DNA of 57,135 nt, taken from assembly GCA_964456585.1 (NCBI GenBank), contig CAYWBT010000002.1, positions 1-57,135 on the forward strand. The letters run 5' to 3'. The notes below the pieces were generated by a model. It worked only from the letters and a program-made list of their open reading frames with translations. It was not told the DNA's origin and ran no database searches. Source of the DNA: an uncultured bacterium (GTDB taxonomy: Bacteria; Latescibacterota; Latescibacteria; Latescibacterales; Latescibacteraceae). Made by a program: the position numbers and the translations under genes. This document shows, piece by piece, positions 39,764 to 49,786 of the stretch (its first letter is position 1; every line of letters begins with the position of its first letter).

Positions 39764-40984
39764 TCATTCGTCGGCATGATCTGAATCGTCATCATCGAGC
39801 AAGGTATCGACGATCACGGCGTAGTCCGGATTTTCGGTGAATGTGGTATAGGAGAATATACTATATCCCATGAGATCAAGTTTTTGCATGAGCCGCACCT
39901 GCTCAACCATACGTTCAGGCGGAATCATGTACGCTCCAACACCACCGATGACCTTTCGGCGATCGACCTTTTTCAGGGAATCCCGGAGTACATCCTCAAT
40001 CCAGTCTGTTTCGGGAAAGTAACTCATGGTGACCACGAAGTCAACTATTCCTTCATTGAGCCAGCCAACCCAGTTCTGCCCAAACTCGAAGTACGCCTGG
40101 TCTGAAGCGGGCTTCACCGCTGCAGAAAGCTTGATCCGTTTCCCCACCAAATTGATGCGCCTCTTGATGCTCATCACCTGCTGGTCGATGTAACTGACTC
40201 GGAAATCAGCCCATTTTTCGAGATATTCGAGTTTTGGATCGACTGCCTCACCCATTCGGACAACAGCAACGGGATCAACGCCGTACCGGGCCTGGAACTG
40301 GTGCCGCGCCTGCTGGTTGAAATCGTAACCACGCCCCGGATATCGCACGTAATCCAAGTGAACCCCGTCAATATCGTAGGTAACCATCACCTCGGTGATG
40401 ACGCGTGAGAGGTAATTCCTGACCTCCTGGTACAGGGGAGATATATATTGGCCTTCGAGATAGTCATCTTTCAAGAGTTCCATCGGACGCTCGCTCATCT
40501 TCATTCCCTCGAGCGAAACCATGAACCATTCGGGATGCGAATGAACGATATGCTCCGGATTGTCGGGCGGGCTGTTGAACGACCAGGTGTAATACATGTT
40601 GAACCAGGCATGTACCTCGATCCCTTTGACGTGGGCAAGCTCGATAATCCGCTTAAGGGGATCAAACTCGTCCGGGATGTTTGGGTAGTTTTCGGGACCG
40701 GGAACGAAGTAGCTTCGGTAAAAGGCATCGCCCCTGCCCCGTACCTGGACGAAAAGGGTGGTAAATCCATGAAGGCTGGCGAAATTTACCAGTTCTTCAA
40801 CCTTCCCGGGAGTCGTTATCGAACTGCGCACCACCCAGAGGGAGCGGACAGTGGTAGCGGCAGGGGAAGTCGGCGCCTGCAGCGCCATCGCGCCAGCAAT
40901 AAGCGTGAGGGCGACAATAAAATGAAAGGGTGCAGAAAAACGTTTTCCACACCCAGCTGTATGTTCAGATTTTATGATGTTCAT
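39764..40984 (-). CDS. Glycoside hydrolase-like GHL10 (DUF187/YngK-like) family protein, exported
   Basis: Signal-like N-terminus. RSLWVVRSS...LVNFASLHGFTTLFVQVRGRGDAFYRSYFVP...DPLKRIIELAHVKGIEVHAWFN matches the GHL10 pattern. Confidence 0.7.
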   Translation of the reverse strand: MNIIKSEHTAGCGKRFSAPFHFIVALTLIAGAMALQAPTSPAATTVRSLWVVRSSITTPGKVEELVNFASLHGFTTLFVQVRGRGDAFYRSYFVPGPENYPNIPDEFDPLKRIIELAHVKGIEVHAWFNMYYTWSFNSPPDNPEHIVHSHPEWFMVSLEGMKMSERPMELLKDDYLEGQYISPLYQEVRNYLSRVITEVMVTYDIDGVHLDYVRYPGRGYDFNQQARHQFQARYGVDPVAVVRMGEAVDPKLEYLEKWADFRVSYIDQQVMSIKRRINLVGKRIKLSAAVKPASDQAYFEFGQNWVGWLNEGIVDFVVTMSYFPETDWIEDVLRDSLKKVDRRKVIGGVGAYMIPPERMVEQVRLMQKLDLMGYSIFSYTTFTENPDYAVIVDTLLDDDDSDHADE

Positions 40985-41007
40985 ATCGATTATGAGAGGT
41001 AAATTCT

Positions 41008-41775
41008 CTATTTTTCACTTTCTGCGGGGTCATCGTTTTTTTCGGGATCTGGCTCATCCGATGCATCCCCGGTGGTTGCTTCGGCTTCGTGTGCTCCTGT
41101 TTCTTCAGCGGCCACTTCTTCTTGAGCCGCCGGGGTTGCTTTCTCGTCTTCCTTCTCCGCTTCGGGTTGCGCGGATGTGTCCTCTTCCGCTTCTGTTTCG
41201 GCAGTCTCCTGAACTGGTGGGGCGGCCGTCTCGGTAACCACTTCCTCCGGTTTCTCGACAGGAGCTTCAACCGGCTCGGGTAATACCTCGGCTGCTGCTT
41301 TGATTTCTTCCGGCTGTTCTTCCATGCCTTCTGCCGCCGATTTTTCCTCCTTCACCGCTGCCTTGACCGGTTTTTCCTTGGATTTCGAAGGTTTTTTCTT
41401 GGCCGGCTTCTTATCAATTTCCTCAGCAACAAACTCGATGAGCGACATCGGGGAATTATCTCCCGGGCGGAAGCCAAGTTTCAAAATCCTCGTGTATCCA
41501 CCGGAACGATCGATAAACTGCGGACCGATTTCATCGAACAGTTTCTTCACAGCGGCAGCGTTTCCGAGACGGGACAGCACGATTCGTCTGGCATGTAGAT
41601 CACCGCGACGTGCAAAGGTAACCATCCGTTCGACAAAGGGCCTCATCTCTTTCGCCTTTGCACTGGTGGTTTTTATCCTGCCGTATTCTATCAACGAAAC
41701 GGCAAGATTTGAAAGCATTGCTTTCCGATGCTCTTTCCGCCTCGAAAGTTTCCTGCCACTTTTCTGGTGTCTCAT
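41008..41775 (-). CDS. rplQ: 50S ribosomal protein L17 with an acidic low-complexity C-terminal tail of about 130 aa
   Basis: MRHQKSGRKLSRRKEHRKAMLSNLAVSLIEYGRIKTT..AKAKEMRPFVERMVT is canonical L17. After about residue 122 the sequence turns into a K-rich and then E/A/P/T-rich tail. Confidence 0.95.
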   Translation of the reverse strand: MRHQKSGRKLSRRKEHRKAMLSNLAVSLIEYGRIKTTSAKAKEMRPFVERMVTFARRGDLHARRIVLSRLGNAAAVKKLFDEIGPQFIDRSGGYTRILKLGFRPGDNSPMSLIEFVAEEIDKKPAKKKPSKSKEKPVKAAVKEEKSAAEGMEEQPEEIKAAAEVLPEPVEAPVEKPEEVVTETAAPPVQETAETEAEEDTSAQPEAEKEDEKATPAAQEEVAAEETGAHEAEATTGDASDEPDPEKNDDPAESEK

Positions 41776-42794
41776 CTCCTATTATCCGCCTTTCCACTTT
41801 TCTGATATCTTGCAAATTCCTCATCATACATCACCGCATTGATCCCAAATGACAGTCCCATGCTGGTCAGCACCTCGTTCAACTCGCTCAAAGATTTACG
41901 GCCGAAGTTACGGTATTTGAGCATCTCGGCCTCAGACCTGGTAACGAGGTCACGGATGCTCTTAATGCCGGCTGCCTTGAGACAGTTCGAGGAGCGGACA
42001 GAAAGCTCCATTTCCTCAACGGGAGTGTCCAGGAGTTGGGCAATGCGGAGTTTCTCTTCATCAAAAACTTCTTCTTCCTCAGCCTCTTCAAATTCTTCTT
42101 CAAAATTGATGAAGAGCTTCAGGTGGTCGGACAGAACTTTTGCGGCATATGCGAGCGCGTCGGACGGTGCAATGGTCTTGTTCGTCCATATCTCAAGAAT
42201 GAGCTTGTCATAGTCGGTTCGATGGCCGACACGAGCGTTACTCACCGTGTAATTCACCTTCCGGATCGGACTGTATATTGAATCCATCATGATGGTGTCA
42301 ACCGAAAGGTTGCTGTGGTTCTTCTTTTCATCGGCAGGAACATATCCCCTTCCATCGCTGATAACGATGTCTGCCTTGAAAACACCATCGACATCCAACT
42401 CGGCAATATAATGATCGGGATTCATGATCTCGAACCGTGAATCAACGGCAAGATCACCCGCAACAAATTTCTTTGGTCCCTTTATCTCGATCGAGATTTC
42501 TGCCTGTTCATCCGAAAGAAGCTTTATATCAATCTCTTTGAGATTCAGGATTATCTCCGGAATATCTTCAACAACTCCGGGAAGTGTCGAAAACTCATGA
42601 TGAATACCTTCAATCAAAATCGAATCTATCGCCCCTCCCTGGATGGAGGAGAGCAAAACACGCCTGAGGGCGTTTCCTAAAGTAATGCCAAAACCTCGCT
42701 CGAGCGGTTGAATCTCAAACTTTCCATAACTGTCGGTTAAAGTCTGGTCATCAACTTCTACACTTTTGGGCATATGAAGACTTTTCCATTTCAT
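41772..42794 (-). CDS. rpoA: DNA-directed RNA polymerase subunit alpha
   Basis: YGKFEIQPLERGFGITLGNALRRVLLSS and the C-terminal domain LELSVRSSNCLK. ORF 41772..42806 starts at a GTG. The ATG at 42794 has the better AAAGGTG spacing. Confidence 0.95.
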   Translation of the reverse strand: MKWKSLHMPKSVEVDDQTLTDSYGKFEIQPLERGFGITLGNALRRVLLSSIQGGAIDSILIEGIHHEFSTLPGVVEDIPEIILNLKEIDIKLLSDEQAEISIEIKGPKKFVAGDLAVDSRFEIMNPDHYIAELDVDGVFKADIVISDGRGYVPADEKKNHSNLSVDTIMMDSIYSPIRKVNYTVSNARVGHRTDYDKLILEIWTNKTIAPSDALAYAAKVLSDHLKLFINFEEEFEEAEEEEVFDEEKLRIAQLLDTPVEEMELSVRSSNCLKAAGIKSIRDLVTRSEAEMLKYRNFGRKSLSELNEVLTSMGLSFGINAVMYDEEFARYQKSGKADNRR

Positions 42795-42834
42795 ACCCGG
42801 ATTCACCTTTCATAAAGGTTATCGTGCGTACAGT

Positions 42835-43443
42835 TTACTTGGAGTAATATTCGATAACCATGTTTTCATCTAACGTAACCGGGATCATTTCCCGTAGCGG
42901 CATCTCCGTCAAGGTGATGCTCAGGTCCGGCCGTAAGACCTCAAGGTATGGAAACGTTAAATTTGCAGATTTTCCCACCGTTTCACGGAGTTGGGGATTG
43001 TTCAGCATCTTCTTGTTCATCTGGATCTTCATACCGGGTTTCACCTGAAAAGAAGGAACATTGATGCACTTTCCGTCAACGAGAACGTGTTTGTGGGTCA
43101 CGAGCTGTCGTGCTTCACACATAGTACGGGTAAAACCAGCCCGGTAAATAAGGTTGTCCAATCTCGTTTCCAGCTTCTGAAGGAGGTTCTCACCTGCCAC
43201 GCCGGACTTGGACATAGCCTTGAATACATAGTTACGGAACTGCTTTTCCAGTAATCCGTAGGTATATCTGAAGCGTTGTTTTTCAAGAAGATGCCTGCCA
43301 TAATCAGACATCTTGTGTTTCATCCTGCCCCCGTGCTGACCGGGCGGATTCGGACGTTTTTCCATGATCCGCGCCGCCTTGTCGGAAAGGGGAATACCGA
43401 GTCTTCTTGACTTCTTCACCAGTGAGCCTCTGAATCTAGCCAT
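42835..43443 (-). CDS. rpsD: 30S ribosomal protein S4
   Basis: MARFRGSLVKKSRRLG... and the S4 domain ARQLVTHKHVLVDGK. Confidence 0.95.
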   Translation of the reverse strand: MARFRGSLVKKSRRLGIPLSDKAARIMEKRPNPPGQHGGRMKHKMSDYGRHLLEKQRFRYTYGLLEKQFRNYVFKAMSKSGVAGENLLQKLETRLDNLIYRAGFTRTMCEARQLVTHKHVLVDGKCINVPSFQVKPGMKIQMNKKMLNNPQLRETVGKSANLTFPYLEVLRPDLSITLTEMPLREMIPVTLDENMVIEYYSK

Positions 43444-43474
43444 ATACTATCGCCTCCGTTACTTCTCTCATTTC

Positions 43475-43864
43475 TTATACCCTGCGTCTCTTGGGAGGTC
43501 TGCACCCATTATGAGGAATGGGGGTAACATCCTTTATCGCGGTCACATCGAGACCCGCCGCCTGGAGAGATCGTACCGCCGCCTCTCGTCCGACACCTGG
43601 CCCCTTGACAAAAATTTCAACTTTTTTAACTCCCAGGGCAATTGCCTCTCTCGCTGAAACATCAGCGGCGGTCTGGGCAGCGAATGGTGTTGACTTTCGC
43701 GAACCCTTGAAGCCAACCTTGCCGGCAGAAGCCCATGAGATCGTGTTTCCCTGTTTATCGGTAATGGTTATAATGGTGTTATTGAACGTAGCCTTGATAT
43801 GGGCTACTCCAAGTGGATCCGCCTTCTTATCTTTCTTTTTCGTCCGTTTTCTCGGCGCCGCCAC
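43475..43864 (-). CDS. rpsK: 30S ribosomal protein S11
   Basis: [41 protein letters not shown]. Confidence 0.95.
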   Translation of the reverse strand: MAAPRKRTKKKDKKADPLGVAHIKATFNNTIITITDKQGNTISWASAGKVGFKGSRKSTPFAAQTAADVSAREAIALGVKKVEIFVKGPGVGREAAVRSLQAAGLDVTAIKDVTPIPHNGCRPPKRRRV

Positions 43865-43904
43865 TAGACACCTCCTTTATCTACTTGTACATGACAATAC
43901 AACA

Positions 43905-44279
43905 TTATTTTTTCTTTTTCTTACCAGCAATCGTTCGTTTCGGACCCTTACGAGTTCGGGCATTCGTCTGTGTACGCTGGCCGCGAACCGGAAGACCTCG
44001 TCGATGCCGCAGGCCTCGGTACGATCCGATATCCAAGAGCCTTTTGATATTCATGGTTACTTCACTTCGGAGAATCCCCTCAACCTTGTACTCCTCCTCA
44101 ATACAGTGGCGAAGACGGTTGAGTTGGTCCTCGGTGAGATTCTTAACACGTGAGTCATCGGGTATTTTGGCTTCTCCGCATATTTTCTTCGCGCTTGAAG
44201 GACCGATACCATAAATCCGTGTTAAGGCCACCTCGGTTCTCTTTTCCTTTGGCAGATCAACTCCCGCTATTCGTGCCAC
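43905..44279 (-). CDS. rpsM: 30S ribosomal protein S13
   Basis: [14 protein letters not shown]...ALTRIYGIG...[20 protein letters not shown]. Confidence 0.95.
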   Translation of the reverse strand: MARIAGVDLPKEKRTEVALTRIYGIGPSSAKKICGEAKIPDDSRVKNLTEDQLNRLRHCIEEEYKVEGILRSEVTMNIKRLLDIGSYRGLRHRRGLPVRGQRTQTNARTRKGPKRTIAGKKKKK

Positions 44280-44307
44280 GTACTATAACCTCCGTTTTAT
44301 AAAAAAA

Positions 44308-44421
44308 CTAACCCTGTCGCTGTTTGTGCCGCGGATTGATACAGATGACGCGCAGTATCCCTTTCCGCTTGATAAGCTTGCACTGTTTGCAACGTTTCTT
44401 CACCGATGCTTTCACTTTCAT
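44308..44421 (-). CDS. rpmJ: 50S ribosomal protein L36
   Basis: Below the ORF-track size cutoff. My minus-strand translation gives [37 protein letters not shown] followed by a stop. It sits in the canonical infA-rpmJ-rpsM position. Confidence 0.9.
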   Translation of the reverse strand: MKVKASVKKRCKQCKLIKRKGILRVICINPRHKQRQG

Positions 44422-44494
44422 TGATAACCACCTCTTCTCTATCATTCCTTCCCGTGATCAACGCTCTTCAAGAACATCCGGCACTCCCCGCAAC

Positions 44495-44713
44495 CTACTT
44501 GTAACGATACACGACTCGCCCCTTGGTCAGGTCATATACAGAAAGTTCAACAGTCACCTTATCGCCCGGCAATATCTTGATAAAATGCATTCTCATCTTG
44601 CCGGAAATATGTGCCAGTATAACATGATTGTTTTCCAGCTTAACCCTGAACGTCGCATTCGGAAGCGATTCTACAACAACACCTTCCGTTGTTATTATAT
44701 CGTCCTTTGCCAT
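44495..44713 (-). CDS. infA: Translation initiation factor IF-1
   Basis: [53 protein letters not shown]. Confidence 0.95.
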   Translation of the reverse strand: MAKDDIITTEGVVVESLPNATFRVKLENNHVILAHISGKMRMHFIKILPGDKVTVELSVYDLTKGRVVYRYK

Positions 44714-45471
44714 CTTTCCTCTCCATTCATGAGCGTAAGTATCTCAGGGGAACCATCGCGTACTATACAGGTATTTTCAAAGTGCGCCGAAAGTTTACCG
44801 TCCATCGTAACAACAGTCCAGTCATCATCCAGCGTCTCGACCTCCCAGGTCCCTATATTAATCATCGGTTCGATGGCAAGCACCATTCTCTCTTTCAGCC
44901 TCGCTCCTTCACCTGCCCTGCCGAAGTTCGGCACCTGTGGTTCCTCGTGGAGATGCCTGCCGATGCCATGCCCGACAAGCGCCCGAACGACACCGTACCC
45001 ACGCGCCTCGACAAAGGACTGAATAGCCTGGCCAATCTCCCCAACATGATTTCCCGTAACCGCCGCCGCAATCCCACGATAGAGGGAATCCTCCGTGGTC
45101 ATCAGGAGTGCCCCAGCTTCCGCGGACACCGCTCCGACCGTAAACGACCTCGCCATATCACCATAAAATCCATGTTTATAGGTCCCGAGGTCAATTTTTA
45201 CTACATCACCATCCTTGATTATCCTCTCACTCGGAATCCCGTGAACAACTTCCTCGTTGATCGAGATACAAATCGCACCCGGAAAACCCTGATAACCGAG
45301 AAATGCCGCTTTCGCACCGCCCGCCTCGATGAAGTCTCTGACTTTCTCAGAAACGGCCCGGGTCGTTATCCCCACTATAACGGTATCCCTGGCGACTTCC
45401 ATCGCCTCTGCCGCCAGTCTGCAGACAGACCGGATCTTTTCAATATCATCTTCGGAACGAATTTGTATCAT
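44695..45471 (-). CDS. map: Type I methionine aminopeptidase
   Basis: Metal-ligand context [37 protein letters not shown] and FENT. Confidence 0.9.
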   Translation of the reverse strand: MIQIRSEDDIEKIRSVCRLAAEAMEVARDTVIVGITTRAVSEKVRDFIEAGGAKAAFLGYQGFPGAICISINEEVVHGIPSERIIKDGDVVKIDLGTYKHGFYGDMARSFTVGAVSAEAGALLMTTEDSLYRGIAAAVTGNHVGEIGQAIQSFVEARGYGVVRALVGHGIGRHLHEEPQVPNFGRAGEGARLKERMVLAIEPMINIGTWEVETLDDDWTVVTMDGKLSAHFENTCIVRDGSPEILTLMNGEERWQRTI

Positions 45472-46031
45472 TTGACAAGAACAGCCTTTATTCTATCAAA
45501 AATATCCTCAATTGTGCCAACACCTTCCACAGGTTTCAGACAACCGCGTCGTCCATAGTATTCCTTTAAGGGTTCCGTTTGTTCGTAGTATATCCGCAAA
45601 CGGTTCTCTATCGTTTCACGATTGTCATCGCTCCGGCCTTCGACTTCGGCACGCTTGAGCAGTCTGTCGATGACCGCGACGTCGGGTACCTCAATCGACA
45701 CCACCGCATCAAGTTCCAAATCCCGTTGAGCGAGCATTTCATCGAGACCTTCCGCCTGCGGAATCGTCCGGGGAAAACCGTCGAACAGAAATCCGTTCTT
45801 CATGTCGGGTGACGCCAGTTTTTCGTCGATGATACCCAGGATGATATCGTCCGGCAGGAGCTTTCCCGCATCCATGTACTCACCGGCTTTCACGCCTAAC
45901 TCGGTACCGGCGGCGCGTGCCTCACGAAGAACTTCACCGGTCGAAACGTGCGGAATGCCGAAATGCTCTCTAAGCTTCGCCGCCTGGGTTCCCTTACCGG
46001 CTCCCGGACCGCCGAGAAGAATAAGTTTCAC
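45468..46031 (-). CDS. adk: Adenylate kinase (short LID type)
   Basis: MKLILLGGPGAGKGTQA, GFLFDGFPRT, no Cys4 LID. Confidence 0.95.
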   Translation of the reverse strand: MKLILLGGPGAGKGTQAAKLREHFGIPHVSTGEVLREARAAGTELGVKAGEYMDAGKLLPDDIILGIIDEKLASPDMKNGFLFDGFPRTIPQAEGLDEMLAQRDLELDAVVSIEVPDVAVIDRLLKRAEVEGRSDDNRETIENRLRIYYEQTEPLKEYYGRRGCLKPVEGVGTIEDIFDRIKAVLVK

Positions 46032-46108
46032 GTATGTTCCTTTCCCGTTTTTTTCTTCCCAACTCTCACCGACTTCATCCGTTCCAGTCAGAGGGAGCTT
46101 GCTATGAG

Positions 46109-47428
46109 CTACCTGCGGCCCCGAAGGCGCGCACCCTTGAGCAGGCCTTCATAGTGCCGTTCGACCATCTTTGCTTCGATTTGCTGGAGGGTATCGAGCG
46201 CAACACCAACCACGATCAACAGACCGGTACCGCCGAAGAACGAGGCGAAGTTGTAGTTCACCTTGCCGAAGCGCCCGATGAAAAACGGCATGATCGCTAT
46301 GATCGCGAGAAATACCGATCCCGGAAGGGTAATCCTCGTTAGAATCCTGTCAATATATTCAGCAGTCTTCTTTCCGGGGGGTTTCTGCGGAATAACCGCA
46401 CCGTACTTCTTGAGATTATCAGCAAGATCGACGGGGTTGAAAACGATGGCGGTATAGAAATAGGTGAAGAAAATGATTAATAAACCGTAAAAAAACCAAT
46501 AAACCGGGTGGCTCATCTCAAAATAATTCTTGGCGTACTGGAAAAGTTCCCAGGGAATCAGGGTTGCAATCGTGCTCGGTACGAACATGATCGCCTGGGC
46601 AAAGATAATCGGAATCACCCCCGCTGTGTTGACCCGTAGGGGAATGTACGTTGATTGACCGCTGTATATCTTACGCCCGACAACTTTCTTGGGATACTGA
46701 ACACGAATCCTCCGCTGTCCCTGCGTCAAGAGAACGACTGCCGCAATAACGACCACCATGAACACTACGAGAAACACCCCGGTAAACAGGCTCATGGTGC
46801 CAGCCTGTAACTCGGCAATCTGCATCTTCACCGCGAAAGGAAACCGCGCGATAATACCAACAAAGATAATGATCGATATACCGTTCCCGATGCCGTGCTC
46901 GGTCATCTGCTCTCCGAGCCACATGATAAAGATCGTACCCGAAACGATGGTGGTGATCACCAGAAACATGAATCCGATTCCGGGATTGTGAACGATGGGA
47001 TACCCGCCGGACGTCTGCATATTTTCCAGCCACTTCGAAATGCCGAACGCCTGAGCCGCTGCCAGTATGACCGTACCATACCGCGTGTACTGGGTCAGTT
47101 TTTTGCGCCCCTCTTCACCTTCCTTCGACAAACGCTGGAAAAACGGAACCACCGAGCCGAGTAGCTGGATGATAATCGACGCGGAAATGTAGGGCATGAT
47201 TCCAAGCGCAAAAATACTCATCCGGGTGAACGAACCGCCCACAAACATGTCATACATGCCGAAAAGGGTGTTATTGAGGCTGCTCATGTACGCCATGAGT
47301 GCATCGGCGTTGATGCCGGGAATCGGAATCTTGCTACCAATCCGGTAGACGATGGTCATGAGGAGCACGAACGTAATGCGTTTCCGCAAATCCGGTATTT
47401 TAAACAAACTATTAACAGTATTCAGCAT
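46109..47428 (-). CDS. secY: Preprotein translocase subunit SecY
   Basis: 10-TM protein in the spc operon position. IFALGIMPYISASIIIQLL and GISIIIFVGI motifs. Confidence 0.95.
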   Translation of the reverse strand: MLNTVNSLFKIPDLRKRITFVLLMTIVYRIGSKIPIPGINADALMAYMSSLNNTLFGMYDMFVGGSFTRMSIFALGIMPYISASIIIQLLGSVVPFFQRLSKEGEEGRKKLTQYTRYGTVILAAAQAFGISKWLENMQTSGGYPIVHNPGIGFMFLVITTIVSGTIFIMWLGEQMTEHGIGNGISIIIFVGIIARFPFAVKMQIAELQAGTMSLFTGVFLVVFMVVVIAAVVLLTQGQRRIRVQYPKKVVGRKIYSGQSTYIPLRVNTAGVIPIIFAQAIMFVPSTIATLIPWELFQYAKNYFEMSHPVYWFFYGLLIIFFTYFYTAIVFNPVDLADNLKKYGAVIPQKPPGKKTAEYIDRILTRITLPGSVFLAIIAIMPFFIGRFGKVNYNFASFFGGTGLLIVVGVALDTLQQIEAKMVERHYEGLLKGARLRGRR

Positions 47429-47429
47429 A

Positions 47430-47873
47430 TCACATCACCTCGATTGTCCCACCGGCCTTGTTGATTTTTTCCTCGGCCGACGCACTCCATGCATGAGCCT
47501 TTATATTCAGGGCTTTTTTAATGTCGCCGCCGCCCAGGATTTTCACCTTCGAAGCGGTTTTTTTGATGAGACCTGCCTCCTTGAGAACTTGGGGATTCAC
47601 CTCGCCTGTCAGGTCTTTTTGTGTGATATCAGACAGGTTGACAATCTCGTATTCCTTCCGGAATAAATTGTGGAATCCTCGTTTCGGCACTCTCCTGATG
47701 AGCGGCATCTGACCGCCCTCGAAACCGCGACGCGGCTTTCCGCCAGAGCGTGATTTCTGGCCTCCGTGCCCCCTGCCGGCAGTACATCCCTGTCCGGTAG
47801 CGGCACCCCTTCCGCGCCTTTTCGTGGCCTTTGCCGTTGCCTGAGAAGGAATCTGTAATTCATTGAGCTTCAC
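47430..47873 (-). CDS. rplO: 50S ribosomal protein L15
   Basis: MKLNEL...KRRGRG..TGQG.TAGRGHGGQKSRSG....GFEGGQMPL.RR.PKRGF. Confidence 0.95.
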   Translation of the reverse strand: MKLNELQIPSQATAKATKRRGRGAATGQGCTAGRGHGGQKSRSGGKPRRGFEGGQMPLIRRVPKRGFHNLFRKEYEIVNLSDITQKDLTGEVNPQVLKEAGLIKKTASKVKILGGGDIKKALNIKAHAWSASAEEKINKAGGTIEVM

Positions 47874-47905
47874 GTGGACCTCGTATATTGTATATTCGCT
47901 ACCAG

Positions 47906-48091
47906 TTATTCTTTCACTTCCTTGACTTCTAAGAGATGGCTGATCTTGTTGATCATGCCCCTGATCTGCGGCGTATCGGTATGCACAACCTCTCCACCCA
48001 TCCGGGTAATACCCAAGGCGACGAGGGTTCGTTTTTGATCAATTCTTCGACCAATCGCCGATCGAACCTGTTTTATACTCAACTGAGCCAT
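47906..48091 (-). CDS. rpmD: 50S ribosomal protein L30
   Basis: ORF 47906..48229. The conserved L30 begins at MAQLSIKQVRSAIGRRIDQKRTLVALGI...TPQIRGMINKISHLL (ATG 48091, AGGGGA upstream). The 46-aa upstream extension has no L30 counterpart. Confidence 0.85.
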   Translation of the reverse strand: MAQLSIKQVRSAIGRRIDQKRTLVALGITRMGGEVVHTDTPQIRGMINKISHLLEVKEVKE

Positions 48092-48230
48092 TTCATCCCC
48101 TGTTCTTAATCTGGTACAAAACCCACATGACAGCGTCGGTTTTTCTTCACCACTCAAGACGAGCGGTTTATGTTCACACTTCGCCTCTCCGGTCGACTCC
48201 AGTCGTAGGATGGCAAACCGTACCGGCAAC

Positions 48231-48761
48231 CTACCGTATTTTGTTGATCGGCAGATCGCGCATTCTCGAAACCGCTTCGATATTACGGAGTTCGGACAAG
48301 CCCTTCATCGTGGCTTTCACCACGTTGTGAGGATTCGAAGTTCCGAGCGATTTTGCCAGGATATTTCTTATCCCCGCCGGCTCGAGCACGGCACGTACTG
48401 CTCCACCTGCTATCAGACCCGTTCCCGGTGCGGCCGGTTTGAGCAGAACCTTCGCCGCCGAATACTTACACAGTATCGTGTGGGGAATGGTACCGTTTTC
48501 GACTGGGATCGAAATCATGTTCTTCCGGGCGTTTTCCGTTCCCTTGCGAATTGCCTCGGATACTTCTGATGCCTTGCCGAGGCCGATTCCGATCCTGCCT
48601 TTATTGTCGCCGACCGAAACGAGGGCACTAAACGAAAATCTGCGACCGCCCTTGATAACTTTTGCTACCCGGTTGATGTGAATCACGTTCTCACTGAATT
48701 CACTCTCTTTTTCCTGCCGTCTTTGCAAGCTCTTCCTTCTCCTCTCGTTCTCCTTCAGCAA
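48231..48761 (-). CDS. rpsE: 30S ribosomal protein S5
   Basis: [38 protein letters not shown]. Confidence 0.95.
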   Translation of the reverse strand: MLKENERRRKSLQRRQEKESEFSENVIHINRVAKVIKGGRRFSFSALVSVGDNKGRIGIGLGKASEVSEAIRKGTENARKNMISIPVENGTIPHTILCKYSAAKVLLKPAAPGTGLIAGGAVRAVLEPAGIRNILAKSLGTSNPHNVVKATMKGLSELRNIEAVSRMRDLPINKIR

Positions 48762-48816
48762 CGGGCTTTTTAATTATCCGCGCACGACTGCTGAATATTC
48801 AATTCACCTGTTGCCG

Positions 48817-49188
48817 TTACACTTTGAGTCCGCCTTCACGGGCACCTTCGGCCACTGCTTTGACACGACCGTGGTAAAGACATCCGCCCCGGTCAAACAC
48901 GACCTTTTCAATGTTCTTTTCCCGTGCCCGCTCGGCAATTAGTTTTCCCACAGCCCGTGACACCTGGGTTTTCCCGCCTTCGATACCCATTCCCCGGATT
49001 ACACTGTCAGCCGATGACACACCAACCAGCGTAACACCCTTCGTATCATCGATGATCTGGGCATACACATTTGTCAAGCTCCGGTACACCGACAACCTCG
49101 GAGTCTCCGGTGTCCCGAAGATCTTTTTCCGGACACGTTTCGCCCTGATCTTTCTGGGAGATAACTTTTCCTTTTTGGGATATTTCAT
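48817..49188 (-). CDS. rplR: 50S ribosomal protein L18
   Basis: R.KRVRKKI.GT...[16 protein letters not shown]....TL...S and C-terminal [21 protein letters not shown]. Confidence 0.95.
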   Translation of the reverse strand: MKYPKKEKLSPRKIRAKRVRKKIFGTPETPRLSVYRSLTNVYAQIIDDTKGVTLVGVSSADSVIRGMGIEGGKTQVSRAVGKLIAERAREKNIEKVVFDRGGCLYHGRVKAVAEGAREGGLKV

Positions 49189-49209
49189 TGTCTCTGAAAC
49201 TCCTGTTTA

Positions 49210-49767
49210 TTAGCCGGTTGCCTTACCAGCTTTTCTTCGTACGTATTCACCACGATACCTGATGCCCTTGCCCTTGTACGGCTCGGGCGGCTTGAAGGCA
49301 CGGATTTTAGCGGAAACATCGCCGACAAGCTGCTTGTCGATGCCTCGCACCTTTACTACCTGAACATTCTCACCCTCGATCGATTCCTGTGCCGCCTCAA
49401 AGCTTACCCCCGCAGGTGGTTTCACCTCGATCGGGTGGGATTGACCTACCTGAAGATCGAGGTTGTTGCCCTTGACCTGGGCACGATACCCGATGCCTCG
49501 GACCTCAAGCACTTTCTCCCAACCCTGGTGTACGCCCAAAACCGCGTTGTTGATCAAAGCTCTCGTCAATCCCCAGAGCGCCTTGATGCTATTGTCGTCA
49601 TCACGCGGGGAAACAGTGATGATTGAGCCGTCGATCGAGACCTGTACTTTATCCGAAACCGGAACTTCCAACTGCCCTTTTGCGCTTTTGACGGTCAACA
49701 TGTTTCCCTTTATGTCCACCGTAACGCCATCGGGGATTTGTATCGGTTGCTTCCCAATTCGTGACAC
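49210..49767 (-). CDS. rplF: 50S ribosomal protein L6
   Basis: MSRIGKQPIQIPDGVTVDIKGNMLTVKS.KG and GIGYRA...G..L.L..G.SHP. Confidence 0.95.
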   Translation of the reverse strand: MSRIGKQPIQIPDGVTVDIKGNMLTVKSAKGQLEVPVSDKVQVSIDGSIITVSPRDDDNSIKALWGLTRALINNAVLGVHQGWEKVLEVRGIGYRAQVKGNNLDLQVGQSHPIEVKPPAGVSFEAAQESIEGENVQVVKVRGIDKQLVGDVSAKIRAFKPPEPYKGKGIRYRGEYVRRKAGKATG

Positions 49768-49786
49768 AGCTTTCTCCCTTTACACC

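Noticed and set aside
44324-45558. Plus-strand ORFs of 232 aa and 289 aa across rpmJ/infA/map
   Set aside because: They are antisense to three highly conserved genes and their composition is non-protein-like.
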